Part shown: piece after piece, positions 1-8,629 of the stretch
How positions within the stretch are numbered: position 1 is the first letter of the stretch
Layout of the letters: every line of letters begins with the position of its first letter
Source: an uncultured Gammaproteobacteria bacterium
GTDB taxonomy: Bacteria > Pseudomonadota > Gammaproteobacteria > Magnimaribacterales > TMED112
NCBI GenBank assembly: GCA_913044115.1
Contig: CAJWNO010000001.1
Location: 27,452-91,451, forward strand
Reading direction: 5' to 3'
Length of the DNA: 64,000 nt
Position numbers and translations under genes: made by a program
Notes under the pieces: model-generated
The model's input: only the letters and a program-made list of their open reading frames with translations
What the model was told of the DNA's origin: nothing
Database searches by the model: none

Positions 1-20
1 GAGAAAAATAAGGAAAAAAA

Positions 21-548
21 ATGAATTTTAGTCAAGCAGTAAAGTCAGCATTAATAGATAATTATTCTACTTTTAAAGGTAGATCTTGCAGGGCAGAATG
101 GTGGTATTTTCTGTTATTTACAGTAATTATTTCAATAGTAGTTAGTGCTTTAGTGGCATTTACAACTTTCGGTAGTGTAGATTGGGAATATGTAGCAACA
201 TTAAGTGAAAACCAAGCAACCGAATTCATTCTGGATAGTAGCTTTGGACTAGGAACACGAATATCATCTGTAGCATTGTCTTTAATATTCTTTTTGCCCG
301 CACTTGCTGTAACTATCAGAAGATTACAAGACCTTGATGCCAGCTATTATTGGGCTGTGCCATACTTTATAGTTAGTGTTATGAGTATATGGTTTGCAAT
401 TTTTCCTTCTGTTGAGCCTGCAGCAGTCAGGCTGGGTGCAGCTGGAAACTTGATCACAATCCTTTATTGTTTAGCTTTCTTAAGAAAGGGTGGCTATGAA
501 GACAACAGATTCGGCCCTAATCCGCTCGAGGAAGAAGATACATATTAA
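21..548 (+). CDS. DUF805 family inner-membrane protein (YhaH-like)
   Basis: N-terminal 'FKGRSCRAEWWYFLLF' matches the DUF805 signature (R-x-E-[FYW]-W). It is followed by several hydrophobic helices. A purine-rich AAGGA lies upstream of the ATG. Confidence 0.6.
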   Translation: MNFSQAVKSALIDNYSTFKGRSCRAEWWYFLLFTVIISIVVSALVAFTTFGSVDWEYVATLSENQATEFILDSSFGLGTRISSVALSLIFFLPALAVTIRRLQDLDASYYWAVPYFIVSVMSIWFAIFPSVEPAAVRLGAAGNLITILYCLAFLRKGGYEDNRFGPNPLEEEDTY

Positions 549-549
549 G

Positions 550-867
550 TTAATCTTCAAAAATTACTGCAGTGCCATAAGCAACCACTTCTGAAGCGCC
601 TTGTGCAATAGTACTGCTTTGAATTCTAAAACATATTATTGCGTTAGCTCCCTTTTTTTCTGCATCTGCGACCATTCTTTCTACAGCCTGATCTCGAGTT
701 TGTTGAAGAAGTCTTGAATACTCTTCTACTTCTCCTCCAACAATATTTTTAAGGCCTGCAAAGATATCAGCTACAGCGTGTCTTGCTCTTGCAGAACTGC
801 CTTTGACATAGCCAATTGTGCTGACAATATTTTTTCCAGGGATATTTTCTGAAGTTGTTATTAACAT
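550..867 (-). CDS. ybjQ: YbjQ/UPF0145 family protein
   Basis: 105 aa. 'IFAGLKNIVGGEV..Y' and 'GANAII..R' align with the YbjQ pattern (FAGIRDIVGG...GADAVV). The size is typical. Confidence 0.7.
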   Translation of the reverse strand: MLITTSENIPGKNIVSTIGYVKGSSARARHAVADIFAGLKNIVGGEVEEYSRLLQQTRDQAVERMVADAEKKGANAIICFRIQSSTIAQGASEVVAYGTAVIFED

Positions 868-944
868 GCTTTAATTCTAACAAATTATTTCAATTGATTA
901 TTATGCTTCACAAGAAGTATTAAAAGATTTAAAATGCATGCTTC

Positions 945-1154
945 ATGGCTGTACAAAAAAGTAAAAAAACAAGAAGCAGAATTGGAATGAGACGCTCTCA
1001 TGACGCTCTAACCTCTAATTCATTGGCTACTGATCCTGTTTCAGGTGAAAGACACCTAAGACACAACATGTCTGCAGATGGCTTTTACAAAGGGAGATTA
1101 GTCAAAGACCTTAAGAAAAAGTCTAAAGAGCCTGAAGAAGAAATTCAGCAATAG
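945..1154 (+). CDS. rpmF: 50S ribosomal protein L32
   Basis: The N-terminus [22 protein letters not shown] is the canonical L32 start. It has a K/E-rich C-terminal tail. It sits upstream of the fab genes, as in other gammaproteobacteria. Confidence 0.9.
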   Translation: MAVQKSKKTRSRIGMRRSHDALTSNSLATDPVSGERHLRHNMSADGFYKGRLVKDLKKKSKEPEEEIQQ

Positions 1155-1160
1155 GATTTA

Positions 1161-2090
1161 ATGGCTTTTTCATTCTTATTCCCTGGACAGGGTGCACAAT
1201 ATTCGGGAATGTTCAAAGAACATTTTAAAGAGTTCCCTGAATTTGAAGAAACACTTTCAATTGGGGAAGATTTTTATAAAGAAGACCTCAAAAGCATCAT
1301 CATGTCTGATGACGCGAGACTTAACGACACATATTATACTCAGCCTTTACTAATGCTTATGAGCTATTCTCTCTTTCAAGTTTGGAGAAATCACAATTGT
1401 CCGATGCCAAAAGTTGCAGCAGGTCATAGTTTAGGTGAAGTATCTGCCTTCTTATGTGCTGGAGGCTTCAATATTAAAGATGCTTTAAGATTTATAAAAT
1501 TTAGGGCAACCTTTATGATCGAAAGTAAGGGTGATACTAAAACTAAAATGTCAGCTGTGCTGGGGCTTGATGGAGATAGTATTAAAAAAATACTATCCGA
1601 TAAAAAGGCAAAATTTCTTGAAGCTGTAAATATGAATTCTCCACTTCAAACAGTTATTGCTGGCAACACTGATGAAATTGAATCAGTAAAAAATGAGTTA
1701 GCTGAGAAGGGAGCGAAACGTGTTATTGATTTAGCTGTTTCAGTGCCTTCACATTCGAGTTTAATGAATATTGCCTCAACCAAATTGAAACTGGTGCTTG
1801 ATGAGTTAAATTTAGCAAAACCCAGTTTTCCTGTAATACAAAATTTGCATGCAAAAATTCCTCTAACTACTAGGGAGATTTGTAATAACCTTGCTGAACA
1901 GATCTCAAACCCTGTTCAATGGGTCTCATCTATGAATAGATTGAAAAAGTATGGTCTTGATGAGCATATTGAGATAGGCCCAAATAAAGTTCTTTCTAGT
2001 TTAGCTAAACAAAACAGAATTAAAGGAACATTTTCTTCTCTCGATAATATTGATACATTTAAGGCACTACTTGATAAACATGGAAAATAG
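1161..2090 (+). CDS. fabD: malonyl-CoA:ACP transacylase
   Basis: FLFPGQGAQY start, active-site GHSLGE, and a position between rpmF and fabG. Confidence 0.92.
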   Translation: MAFSFLFPGQGAQYSGMFKEHFKEFPEFEETLSIGEDFYKEDLKSIIMSDDARLNDTYYTQPLLMLMSYSLFQVWRNHNCPMPKVAAGHSLGEVSAFLCAGGFNIKDALRFIKFRATFMIESKGDTKTKMSAVLGLDGDSIKKILSDKKAKFLEAVNMNSPLQTVIAGNTDEIESVKNELAEKGAKRVIDLAVSVPSHSSLMNIASTKLKLVLDELNLAKPSFPVIQNLHAKIPLTTREICNNLAEQISNPVQWVSSMNRLKKYGLDEHIEIGPNKVLSSLAKQNRIKGTFSSLDNIDTFKALLDKHGK

Positions 2091-2781
2091 AAAAGTAATT
2101 GTTACAGGCGGCAATAGAGGTATAGGCAAAGGTATTGTTTTAAGTTTGTTGGAAAACAACTTTGAAGTACTTGCTACATGTCGTGATGCTTCAACATTTA
2201 ATTTTACCCATGAAAACTTAATAGTTTCATCTCTAGATGTTTCTAATAGATCATCTGTTGAATTATTTCAAACAGAAGTTGATGAATTTGAGCCAGATAT
2301 ACTAGTTAATAATGCTGGCATCACTAAAGATAATTTATTTCTAAGGATGTCCGAAGAAGACTGGGACAGTGTTATTAATACAAATTTAAACGGTATTTTT
2401 AGGATTACTAAACTGGTTGTGAAGGGCATGCTTAAAAAAAGATGGGGGAGAGTAATAAATATTAGTTCTATCTCGGGTTCAATGGGCAATCCTGGACAAA
2501 CAAATTATTCAGCTTCAAAAGCAGGTGTGGATGCCTTTACTAGATCATTAGCTAAAGAATTAGGTTCGAGGAATATCACAGTAAACTCAATTGCTCCAGG
2601 CTTTATTGAAACTGACATGACAGAAGCAGTTTTAGATCAAGAAGTAATAGATAAAATTCCATTGAAAAGAGCGGGAACAGTTGAAGATGTTGCTTCACTA
2701 GTGAACTTTCTGTCATCAGAAGAGTCAAATTATATTACCGGCCAAACTTTAGTAGTTGATGGCGGGCTATTTATGAAGTAA
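2080..2781 (+). CDS. fabG: 3-oxoacyl-ACP reductase
   Basis: SDR motifs TGGNRGIG, NNAG and YxxxK (YSASK). I place the start at ATG 2080 (MENRKVIVTGG) rather than the track's 2050. This gives an 11-nt overlap with the fabD stop. Confidence 0.9.
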   Translation: MENRKVIVTGGNRGIGKGIVLSLLENNFEVLATCRDASTFNFTHENLIVSSLDVSNRSSVELFQTEVDEFEPDILVNNAGITKDNLFLRMSEEDWDSVINTNLNGIFRITKLVVKGMLKKRWGRVINISSISGSMGNPGQTNYSASKAGVDAFTRSLAKELGSRNITVNSIAPGFIETDMTEAVLDQEVIDKIPLKRAGTVEDVASLVNFLSSEESNYITGQTLVVDGGLFMK

Positions 2782-2813
2782 TGTATGCTTTACGAATTTA
2801 CTGAGGAGTAATA

Positions 2814-3047
2814 ATGAGCGAAGTTCTAGATAAAGTTGTAGAGATAGTTTGCAATCAGCTTACTGTAGATAAAAATGATGTTACACCTGAGTCTTCTTTT
2901 GTAGAAGATCTTGGAGCAGATTCACTGGATACAGTTGAATTAGTAATGGCATTTGAAGAGGAGTTCGGTCTTGAAATTCCAGATGACGAGGCTGAAAATA
3001 TTACAACAATTAAGAGTGCCGTCGATTGGATCGAAAATAACAGCTAA
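2814..3047 (+). CDS. acpP: acyl carrier protein
   Basis: 77 aa with the phosphopantetheine site [28 protein letters not shown] lies upstream. Confidence 0.95.
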   Translation: MSEVLDKVVEIVCNQLTVDKNDVTPESSFVEDLGADSLDTVELVMAFEEEFGLEIPDDEAENITTIKSAVDWIENNS

Positions 3048-4008
3048 GAAATCACTTCTTTTTTTCCTAGTTTTTGGATTCTTATTCGTATCCATTAAGC
3101 TCCAGTATGCGCTTGGGCAAAAAATTCCTGTACAAGATCCAAACCAAACTTTCATTGTCAAAAAAGGCTCTAGCTTGTATGGAATACTATCCGACATAGA
3201 GGATAGATATAACCTATATAGCACTTGGTGGATAAGGTTTAAATACATTTTTAAAGACCATCCTGTAATTAAAGCTGGAAGATACAATATCCCGCCAAAT
3301 TCTAGCGTTTCAGACTTAATCAGACGTTTTGAGGATGGAGATGTTCAATTATTTAAGCTTGCAGTTATTGAAGGTACTGTAGCTCAAAGAAGTCTAAACG
3401 CTTTAGAAAAAATTATTTTAGAGCAAGATCTTAATTTTACTGTTCCAGACCAAGTTAAAAGAATATTTTCAAGCGAAGCTTTGATTATGCCTGATACATA
3501 TTTCTTTAGTGAAAAAAATGACCTTATTGAAGTATTAGTTAATTCAGAAAATTATTTACAGGAATATCTTGAGGAAGTATGGCAAAGCAAACCAAAGAAC
3601 AATCCTTTAAAATCTCCACAAGAAGCTTTAGTTTTGGCCTCAATTATTGAAAGAGAAGCAGTATTACCTACAGAACAATCTACAATTGCTTCAGTTTTTT
3701 TAGCACGTCTAAGCATCGATATGAAGCTTCAAGCTGATCCAACATCATCGTATGGTTACTATCAAGACTATGGAGAAAAAATTGGAAGAGCCGTTCTTGA
3801 TAATAAAAATCCATACAATACATATCAAGTCAAAGGTTTGCCGCCTGGACCGATATGTTACCCATCTAAAGGGGCTATAGAAGCAGCTATAAAATCAACA
3901 CCTGGAGACTACTTTTATTTTGTTGCAAGAGGTGACGGGTCACATGTTTTCTCAAAAACCTATGAAGAGCATAATAAAGCTGTCAAAAAATATATTTACA
4001 GTAAATAA
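2983..4008 (+). CDS. mltG: endolytic murein transglycosylase MltG (YceG family)
   Basis: N-terminal K-rich segment plus a TM helix ([15 protein letters not shown]), then a YceG-like body ([22 protein letters not shown]). The start is uncertain: TTG 2953, ATG 2983 or GTG 3016. All three lie inside the 3' end of acpP. Confidence 0.8.
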   Translation: MTRLKILQQLRVPSIGSKITAKKSLLFFLVFGFLFVSIKLQYALGQKIPVQDPNQTFIVKKGSSLYGILSDIEDRYNLYSTWWIRFKYIFKDHPVIKAGRYNIPPNSSVSDLIRRFEDGDVQLFKLAVIEGTVAQRSLNALEKIILEQDLNFTVPDQVKRIFSSEALIMPDTYFFSEKNDLIEVLVNSENYLQEYLEEVWQSKPKNNPLKSPQEALVLASIIEREAVLPTEQSTIASVFLARLSIDMKLQADPTSSYGYYQDYGEKIGRAVLDNKNPYNTYQVKGLPPGPICYPSKGAIEAAIKSTPGDYFYFVARGDGSHVFSKTYEEHNKAVKKYIYSK

Positions 4009-4016
4009 TATACGTT

Positions 4017-4634
4017 GTGTTTATTTCATTCGAAGGTATTGAGGGTTCAGGAAAATCTACCCAGATAGAATTATTAGAGGCTGCGCTAGTCGCTGCTGGC
4101 CATAAAGTTACAAAGCTAAGAGAGCCAGGAACAACACAAATGGGTGAACAAATAAGAGATATTTTTTTACAAGATACCGATGAAAAAGTTGACCCAATTA
4201 CAGAAGCATTTTTGCTTTATGCATCAAGAAAACATTTAGATCAAAATTTTTTGCGCCGTCATCTAAATAATGGCTCAATTGTAATAGCTGATAGATATGC
4301 AGATGCAACACTGGCCTACCAATGCTTTGGGAAAGGCTTAGAGAGAGAATTTATTGATGTTATACATAGCAAATCTGATCTGCTAGAGCCAGATTTAACT
4401 TTCTATATGGACATTTCAGCAGAAAAATCCCGAGATAGAATTTCACACAGAGAAATGGATAGGATGGAAAGTGAATCAATTGAGTTTTTCGACAGAGTGA
4501 GAAACGGATATTTAGAAATTGCTTCTAAAAATCCAGAAAGAATTGTATGTCTTGATGCTAATAGAAGCATTGAAGACTTACAAAATGAAATAGTAAATAA
4601 AACATTAGAAAAAATTAATGCTGCCGTGGGATAA
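4017..4634 (+). CDS. tmk: thymidylate kinase
   Basis: GTG start. P-loop FISFEGIEGSGKSTQ and the DRY motif (IADRYADA). Conserved mltG-tmk-holB order. Confidence 0.9.
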   Translation: MFISFEGIEGSGKSTQIELLEAALVAAGHKVTKLREPGTTQMGEQIRDIFLQDTDEKVDPITEAFLLYASRKHLDQNFLRRHLNNGSIVIADRYADATLAYQCFGKGLEREFIDVIHSKSDLLEPDLTFYMDISAEKSRDRISHREMDRMESESIEFFDRVRNGYLEIASKNPERIVCLDANRSIEDLQNEIVNKTLEKINAAVG

Positions 4635-5433
4635 AAAATTTTTAGAAAGAAGCGACGATATTAGGCCAAAAACAATATTGCATGGCTCTGATGGCCAAGA
4701 CATTAGAGACATTTCCAGAACTATTATAAAAAATCTTATTACAGATATTGACCAAAAGGACTATGCGAATTCTGATCTTGAAAATATAGCCTCTCCAAAC
4801 TTTTATTTTTTAAAAAAAGATCCTGAAAAAAGCATAATCACTATTTCGGAACTTAGAGAACCAAAAGATTTTCTTACCTTAAGCACTACAAAAAAGAGAT
4901 TGCTTTTCATACAGGGTGGTGAGGATATCAGAATAGATGGTTACAACTCGCTTTTAAAAGTAGCAGAAGATACTGACGATGATACTTATATTTTTATCTC
5001 TACTAATAATCTTTCACTAATTCCTCCTACAATTAAAAGCAGATTTCACATTTCAAGAGTACCTAAACCCTCGGTATCAGAAGTCAAAGAATATATAACA
5101 GCTAACTCAAATGGGCTATCTGAAAGCGCTCTAAACTTTTTATCAGAAAATCCCAGAGAGCTAGAAAAATCTGTAGACGATATATCTAAAATGATCGAGA
5201 GATACCATCTATTTTTAAAAAATAAAGAGGTTCAATCCAAAGATAAAGATGAGATATCAGCCTTTACTGATTATCTAATTTTTCTCGAGAAGGGTAGGGT
5301 GCATTCAAAAACTAAACAGTCGCTTAAGAACCTAGAAAATCTTATTGAGATAAAAAAATCTATAAATTTGCCCAATAATTTGAGTCTAGATGTGATTAAG
5401 TTAAGGCTCAATTCTTGTCTTGAGTTGGTCTAG
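4618..5433 (+). CDS. holB: DNA polymerase III delta' subunit (divergent, short)
   Basis: Position after tmk. 'IFISTNNLSLIPPTIKSRF' matches the delta' sensor motif (..LLPTIxSRC). It is otherwise weakly conserved. It overlaps tmk by 17 nt. Confidence 0.6.
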   Translation: MLPWDKKFLERSDDIRPKTILHGSDGQDIRDISRTIIKNLITDIDQKDYANSDLENIASPNFYFLKKDPEKSIITISELREPKDFLTLSTTKKRLLFIQGGEDIRIDGYNSLLKVAEDTDDDTYIFISTNNLSLIPPTIKSRFHISRVPKPSVSEVKEYITANSNGLSESALNFLSENPRELEKSVDDISKMIERYHLFLKNKEVQSKDKDEISAFTDYLIFLEKGRVHSKTKQSLKNLENLIEIKKSINLPNNLSLDVIKLRLNSCLELV

Positions 5434-6943
5434 GAAAAAAGTTATTTTCCTGCTCAAATGCGTATGCCATGTTTATAAGACTAGCTTCATCCCATGCAGT
5501 GCCCATAAAAGAAAGGCCAGTAGGTAGATTATTTACATAATCCAACGGAATTGTTACGTGAGGATAGCCTGAAATAGCAGAGAGTGCTCCATTCCCCCAA
5601 CCATTCTCGAAAGTGTCTCCTGTTTCATAATCTATTTTCCAAGCAGTATTTCTGGTTAAACCAACCAATCCATCTAAATCATCATTCAATAATGCCTTAT
5701 CTAGGGAATTTTTAGCGTACTCGAGCACATCTAGTGATTGTTGATAAATATCTTCTGTCCTAACATTATCTATAGTCTTTCCAGGTGCTGATTCAACGCT
5801 TTTTATAAAATATTCTTGTCCATAGAATTCCATAATTTGTTTTCTGTTTGAAACATTAAAATCTATTACTGATTCCATGTTTTTCATATTTGATTTAGAT
5901 TTATTCAAATAGGCATTTAGACCAATATAGAACTCATGCTGGAGAACAAACAAAGCAGATGACCAAAAATTTTGTGGCATTTGATCAAAGCTAACTACTA
6001 CCACTTCAGCACCAAGTTTTTTTAGCTTTTGCTCGACTTTTCTTATTAACTTAAAAGCAACATCTGGAGCACCATCAGCTGGCATTATAAGACCTAACCT
6101 TTTACCGTTTAAATAATTTTTATCTAGTTTGGTTAACGCATCAAAATCATAATCTTTAGGAATAAGGTAAGTTGCTTTGTCTTTAGGATCTCTGCCTGAA
6201 ATTGCTTGCAATACAATAGATGCATCGTTGACATTAAGTGCAAGAGGGCCTGCAGTGTCTTGTGTAGAGGAAATAGGTATTATTCCATGCCTGCTAACAA
6301 GTCCAACAGTTGGCTTAATACCAACAACACCGTTAATAGAAGCAGGACAAGTGATTGAGCCATTAGTTTCCGTTCCTATAGAAACAGGAACCAAACCAAG
6401 CGCTACAGCTGCTGCACTGCCAGAGCTAGATCCACATGGACTATAATCATAATCGTAAGGATTTCTTGTTTGTCCACCATGGCTTGACCATCCACTTACT
6501 GAATTTTGTCCTCTAAAATTTGCCCATTCGGATAAATTTGCCTTTCCAAGAACAACAAATCCCTTTTTTTGTAAATTAGTTACTAAATGTGCATCTCTTC
6601 GTGGAAAATTATCTAGTAAGGATAGAGAGCCTGCAGTATTCGGTAAGTCTCTAGAATCTATATTATCTTTTAAAAGTATTGGGATACCTCGCAAAGGTTT
6701 ATATTTAGCGTAAATATATGATCTATAGAGTGAGTTATTATCATATGTAGAGATAATAGAATTTACATCTAAATCATTCTTTTTAACTTCAGAAAGATAA
6801 TTTCCATAAAATTCCATTTTGTTATCAGATTTGTCTAACAATTTTTTGAAGTCAGAAATTGAATTAAAGGTGATTGATTCCGAAAAATGTAAAAAAGATA
6901 TAAAAAAAAGAAAAAGGGGACAATTTTTATAAAAATCAAACAT
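5408..6943 (-). CDS. amidase-signature family amidase with an N-terminal signal/anchor
   Basis: AS-family motifs GGSSGGSA-like 'CGSSSGSAAAVA', 'GTETNGSI' and 'KPTVGLVSR'. Hydrophobic N-terminus. Its 3' end overlaps holB convergently by 26 nt. Confidence 0.85.
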   Translation of the reverse strand: MFDFYKNCPLFLFFISFLHFSESITFNSISDFKKLLDKSDNKMEFYGNYLSEVKKNDLDVNSIISTYDNNSLYRSYIYAKYKPLRGIPILLKDNIDSRDLPNTAGSLSLLDNFPRRDAHLVTNLQKKGFVVLGKANLSEWANFRGQNSVSGWSSHGGQTRNPYDYDYSPCGSSSGSAAAVALGLVPVSIGTETNGSITCPASINGVVGIKPTVGLVSRHGIIPISSTQDTAGPLALNVNDASIVLQAISGRDPKDKATYLIPKDYDFDALTKLDKNYLNGKRLGLIMPADGAPDVAFKLIRKVEQKLKKLGAEVVVVSFDQMPQNFWSSALFVLQHEFYIGLNAYLNKSKSNMKNMESVIDFNVSNRKQIMEFYGQEYFIKSVESAPGKTIDNVRTEDIYQQSLDVLEYAKNSLDKALLNDDLDGLVGLTRNTAWKIDYETGDTFENGWGNGALSAISGYPHVTIPLDYVNNLPTGLSFMGTAWDEASLINMAYAFEQENNFFPRPTQDKN

Positions 6944-7238
6944 ATTGAATAAATTTACCTAAAAAAATTAAAAAATAAAGAAATAGGGCATAGAAATATG
7001 ATCTAAGCAAATTTTTTAGAATTTAAGGGTATATATCCATTATTTGATATCAAATTAAACTAGAGGAGCAATTAAAAGATATTTTTTTTCAAAAAAAGAA
7101 AAATTTAGAATATATAAAATCTCAGAAAGAGAATGATAAATAAAATTAGTATCCAGATCTAAAAAAAAATTTCTAAATTGATTACAAAACAATTTTAAAA
7201 AAAATAGTTAGGAGAGGGCAACCATTTTTTCCCCAAAG

Positions 7239-7247
7239 TTATCCACA
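7239..7247 (+). promoter_or_regulatory. perfect DnaA-box consensus TTATCCACA (single copy)
   Basis: Exact 9/9 match read directly in the 452 bp AT-rich spacer. Its functional status is unknown. Confidence 0.3.
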
Positions 7248-7261
7248 TATAAATAAGTTCG

Positions 7262-7277
7262 CATAATATATATTATG
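7262..7277. repeat. perfect 16-bp palindrome CATAATATATATTATG
   Basis: Self-complementary sequence read directly, 15 nt downstream of the DnaA box. AT-only palindromes are fairly likely by chance in this composition. Confidence 0.4.
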
Positions 7278-7356
7278 TTAAATATATATAGAGAAAAAAA
7301 CTATTAAATAGATAGGCTGTGTTATTGATTCTATATGGTTAATATCTGATTTGAAA

Positions 7357-7385
7357 ATTATGTTAATTTATTTATTTAACATAAT
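7357..7385 (-). terminator. weak AT-rich hairpin downstream of the SRPBCC gene
   Basis: A 10-bp stem (attatgttaa / ttaacataat) with a 9-nt loop. On the minus strand it is followed by TTTC. The stem is almost all A:T, so stability is low. Confidence 0.3.
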
Positions 7386-7395
7386 ATTTTGGTTT

Positions 7396-7869
7396 TTATG
7401 AATACCATGGATGTTTTCCGAATTTATTCATAGATACCTTCCTTTTGGTACTTAAATAATCTTCAAAACCCTTCACAACATTATTTATATAACTTTGTAA
7501 TCTGAACTTGATGTATATATTCCACAAGATCCAACTCAATATTTGATTTTTGTATGGTAATTTTGGATTAATCTTAATTGTTAATGATGATTGTCTTGAA
7601 TTTCCCTCTACAAGCCATTCTACACGAGCTAACTTGGACTTAACCCCTATATCTAGTACATATCCACTCTCATCCCATTTGACGAAGTCTCTTCTATATT
7701 TGAGCCCATTTAGATATTTAACATAATCTATTGAGCCTTCTCCTGGCCATTTTTCAACCTTATTTTCAATGCAAAATGGGTGAAAATATTCAAGATTGCC
7801 TGGTTTTCTTATAACAGTTAAAAGCTCATTCTTGCTTTTTTTAAAGGTTCTCTTAGCTTTTACATACAT
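7396..7869 (-). CDS. hypothetical protein, possibly SRPBCC (START/polyketide-cyclase-like) fold
   Basis: 157 aa. The size and alternating beta-like pattern with a C-terminal helix are reminiscent of SRPBCC proteins. I recognise no catalytic motif. It overlaps the upstream GNAT gene by 10 nt. Confidence 0.35.
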   Translation of the reverse strand: MYVKAKRTFKKSKNELLTVIRKPGNLEYFHPFCIENKVEKWPGEGSIDYVKYLNGLKYRRDFVKWDESGYVLDIGVKSKLARVEWLVEGNSRQSSLTIKINPKLPYKNQILSWILWNIYIKFRLQSYINNVVKGFEDYLSTKRKVSMNKFGKHPWYS

Positions 7870-8360
7870 TTTTCATAGTATCGCACACCATAATTTGGAT
7901 TTGAATATGCCTCTGAAATCTTCTTAAAGCCCATTTTTTCGTGGAATTTTATTGACTCATCATTTTTTGGAGCAATATTTACCTCCGCACATATTGGGAG
8001 TTTATCTTTTTTGCAAATATCACTTATTTTTTTGTAAATAAAAGTTCCTATGCCTTTATTTTTAAAGGTTTTTACGACACCTATACGATCGATATAAAAG
8101 AACTTTTTAAACCTGTTTTCAAAGAATTTATAGTTTTTTGACTTGTATTCAGAATTTTCTCTAAAGCAAACTGAAAATGCACATATTTGTTCTTTATTAG
8201 TTAGATATATGCTGTAATTTGATTGTTTAAGAAGTTCTTTTAGTTTATCTAAATTTCCAAGAGGCCCTAAAAATGGGTTATAGCCTTCATTTATGTTAAA
8301 TATTTGCTCAAGGATTTCACTTTTAGCAAGCTTAAGGTCATGTATCTGAATATCATTCAT
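7860..8360 (-). CDS. GNAT family N-acetyltransferase
   Basis: Acetyl-CoA binding motif A 'RIGVVKTFKNKGIGTFIYKK' (R/Q-x-x-G-x-G/A). C-terminal 'FHEKMGFKK'. Confidence 0.8.
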   Translation of the reverse strand: MNDIQIHDLKLAKSEILEQIFNINEGYNPFLGPLGNLDKLKELLKQSNYSIYLTNKEQICAFSVCFRENSEYKSKNYKFFENRFKKFFYIDRIGVVKTFKNKGIGTFIYKKISDICKKDKLPICAEVNIAPKNDESIKFHEKMGFKKISEAYSNPNYGVRYYEKCM

Positions 8361-8410
8361 TTTTCCAATTTAAGTGACATTTAAAGCTAAGCAAGTAAAA
8401 TAGGCAACCA

Positions 8411-8629
8411 ATGGCAGGAAAAGATACTATTGAAATGCAAGGTACTGTGATGGAAGTTCTTCCTAATACAGTCTTCAGAGTCAAACTTGAAAATGATCAT
8501 GTTATAACTGCGCATATCTCAGGCAGGATGAGAAAAAACTACATTCGAATCTTGAACGGGGATAAAGTTACTGTAGAGATGTCACCTTATGATCTTTCAA
8601 AAGGTCGAATTACCTTTAGATCTAAGTAA
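8411..8629 (+). CDS. infA: translation initiation factor IF-1
   Basis: 72 aa, near-identical in pattern to IF-1 (EMQGTV.E.LPN..FRV.LEN.H...AHISG.MRKN.IRIL.GD.V.VE..PYDL.KGRI..R). Confidence 0.97.
   Translation: MAGKDTIEMQGTVMEVLPNTVFRVKLENDHVITAHISGRMRKNYIRILNGDKVTVEMSPYDLSKGRITFRSK

Noticed and set aside
6944-7395. Calling the AT-rich spacer a chromosomal origin (oriC)
   Set aside because: I found only one perfect DnaA box and one 2-mismatch box. There is no clear 13-mer DUE array and no dnaA, dnaN, gidA or rpmH neighbourhood. It is kept as a finding to check, not as a feature call.
7860-8360. GNAT as a TacT/AtaT-type toxin of a toxin-antitoxin pair
   Set aside because: There is no small RHH/DUF1778 antitoxin gene upstream. 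The overlapping partner is downstream and SRPBCC-sized, which does not fit the known GNAT-TA architecture.
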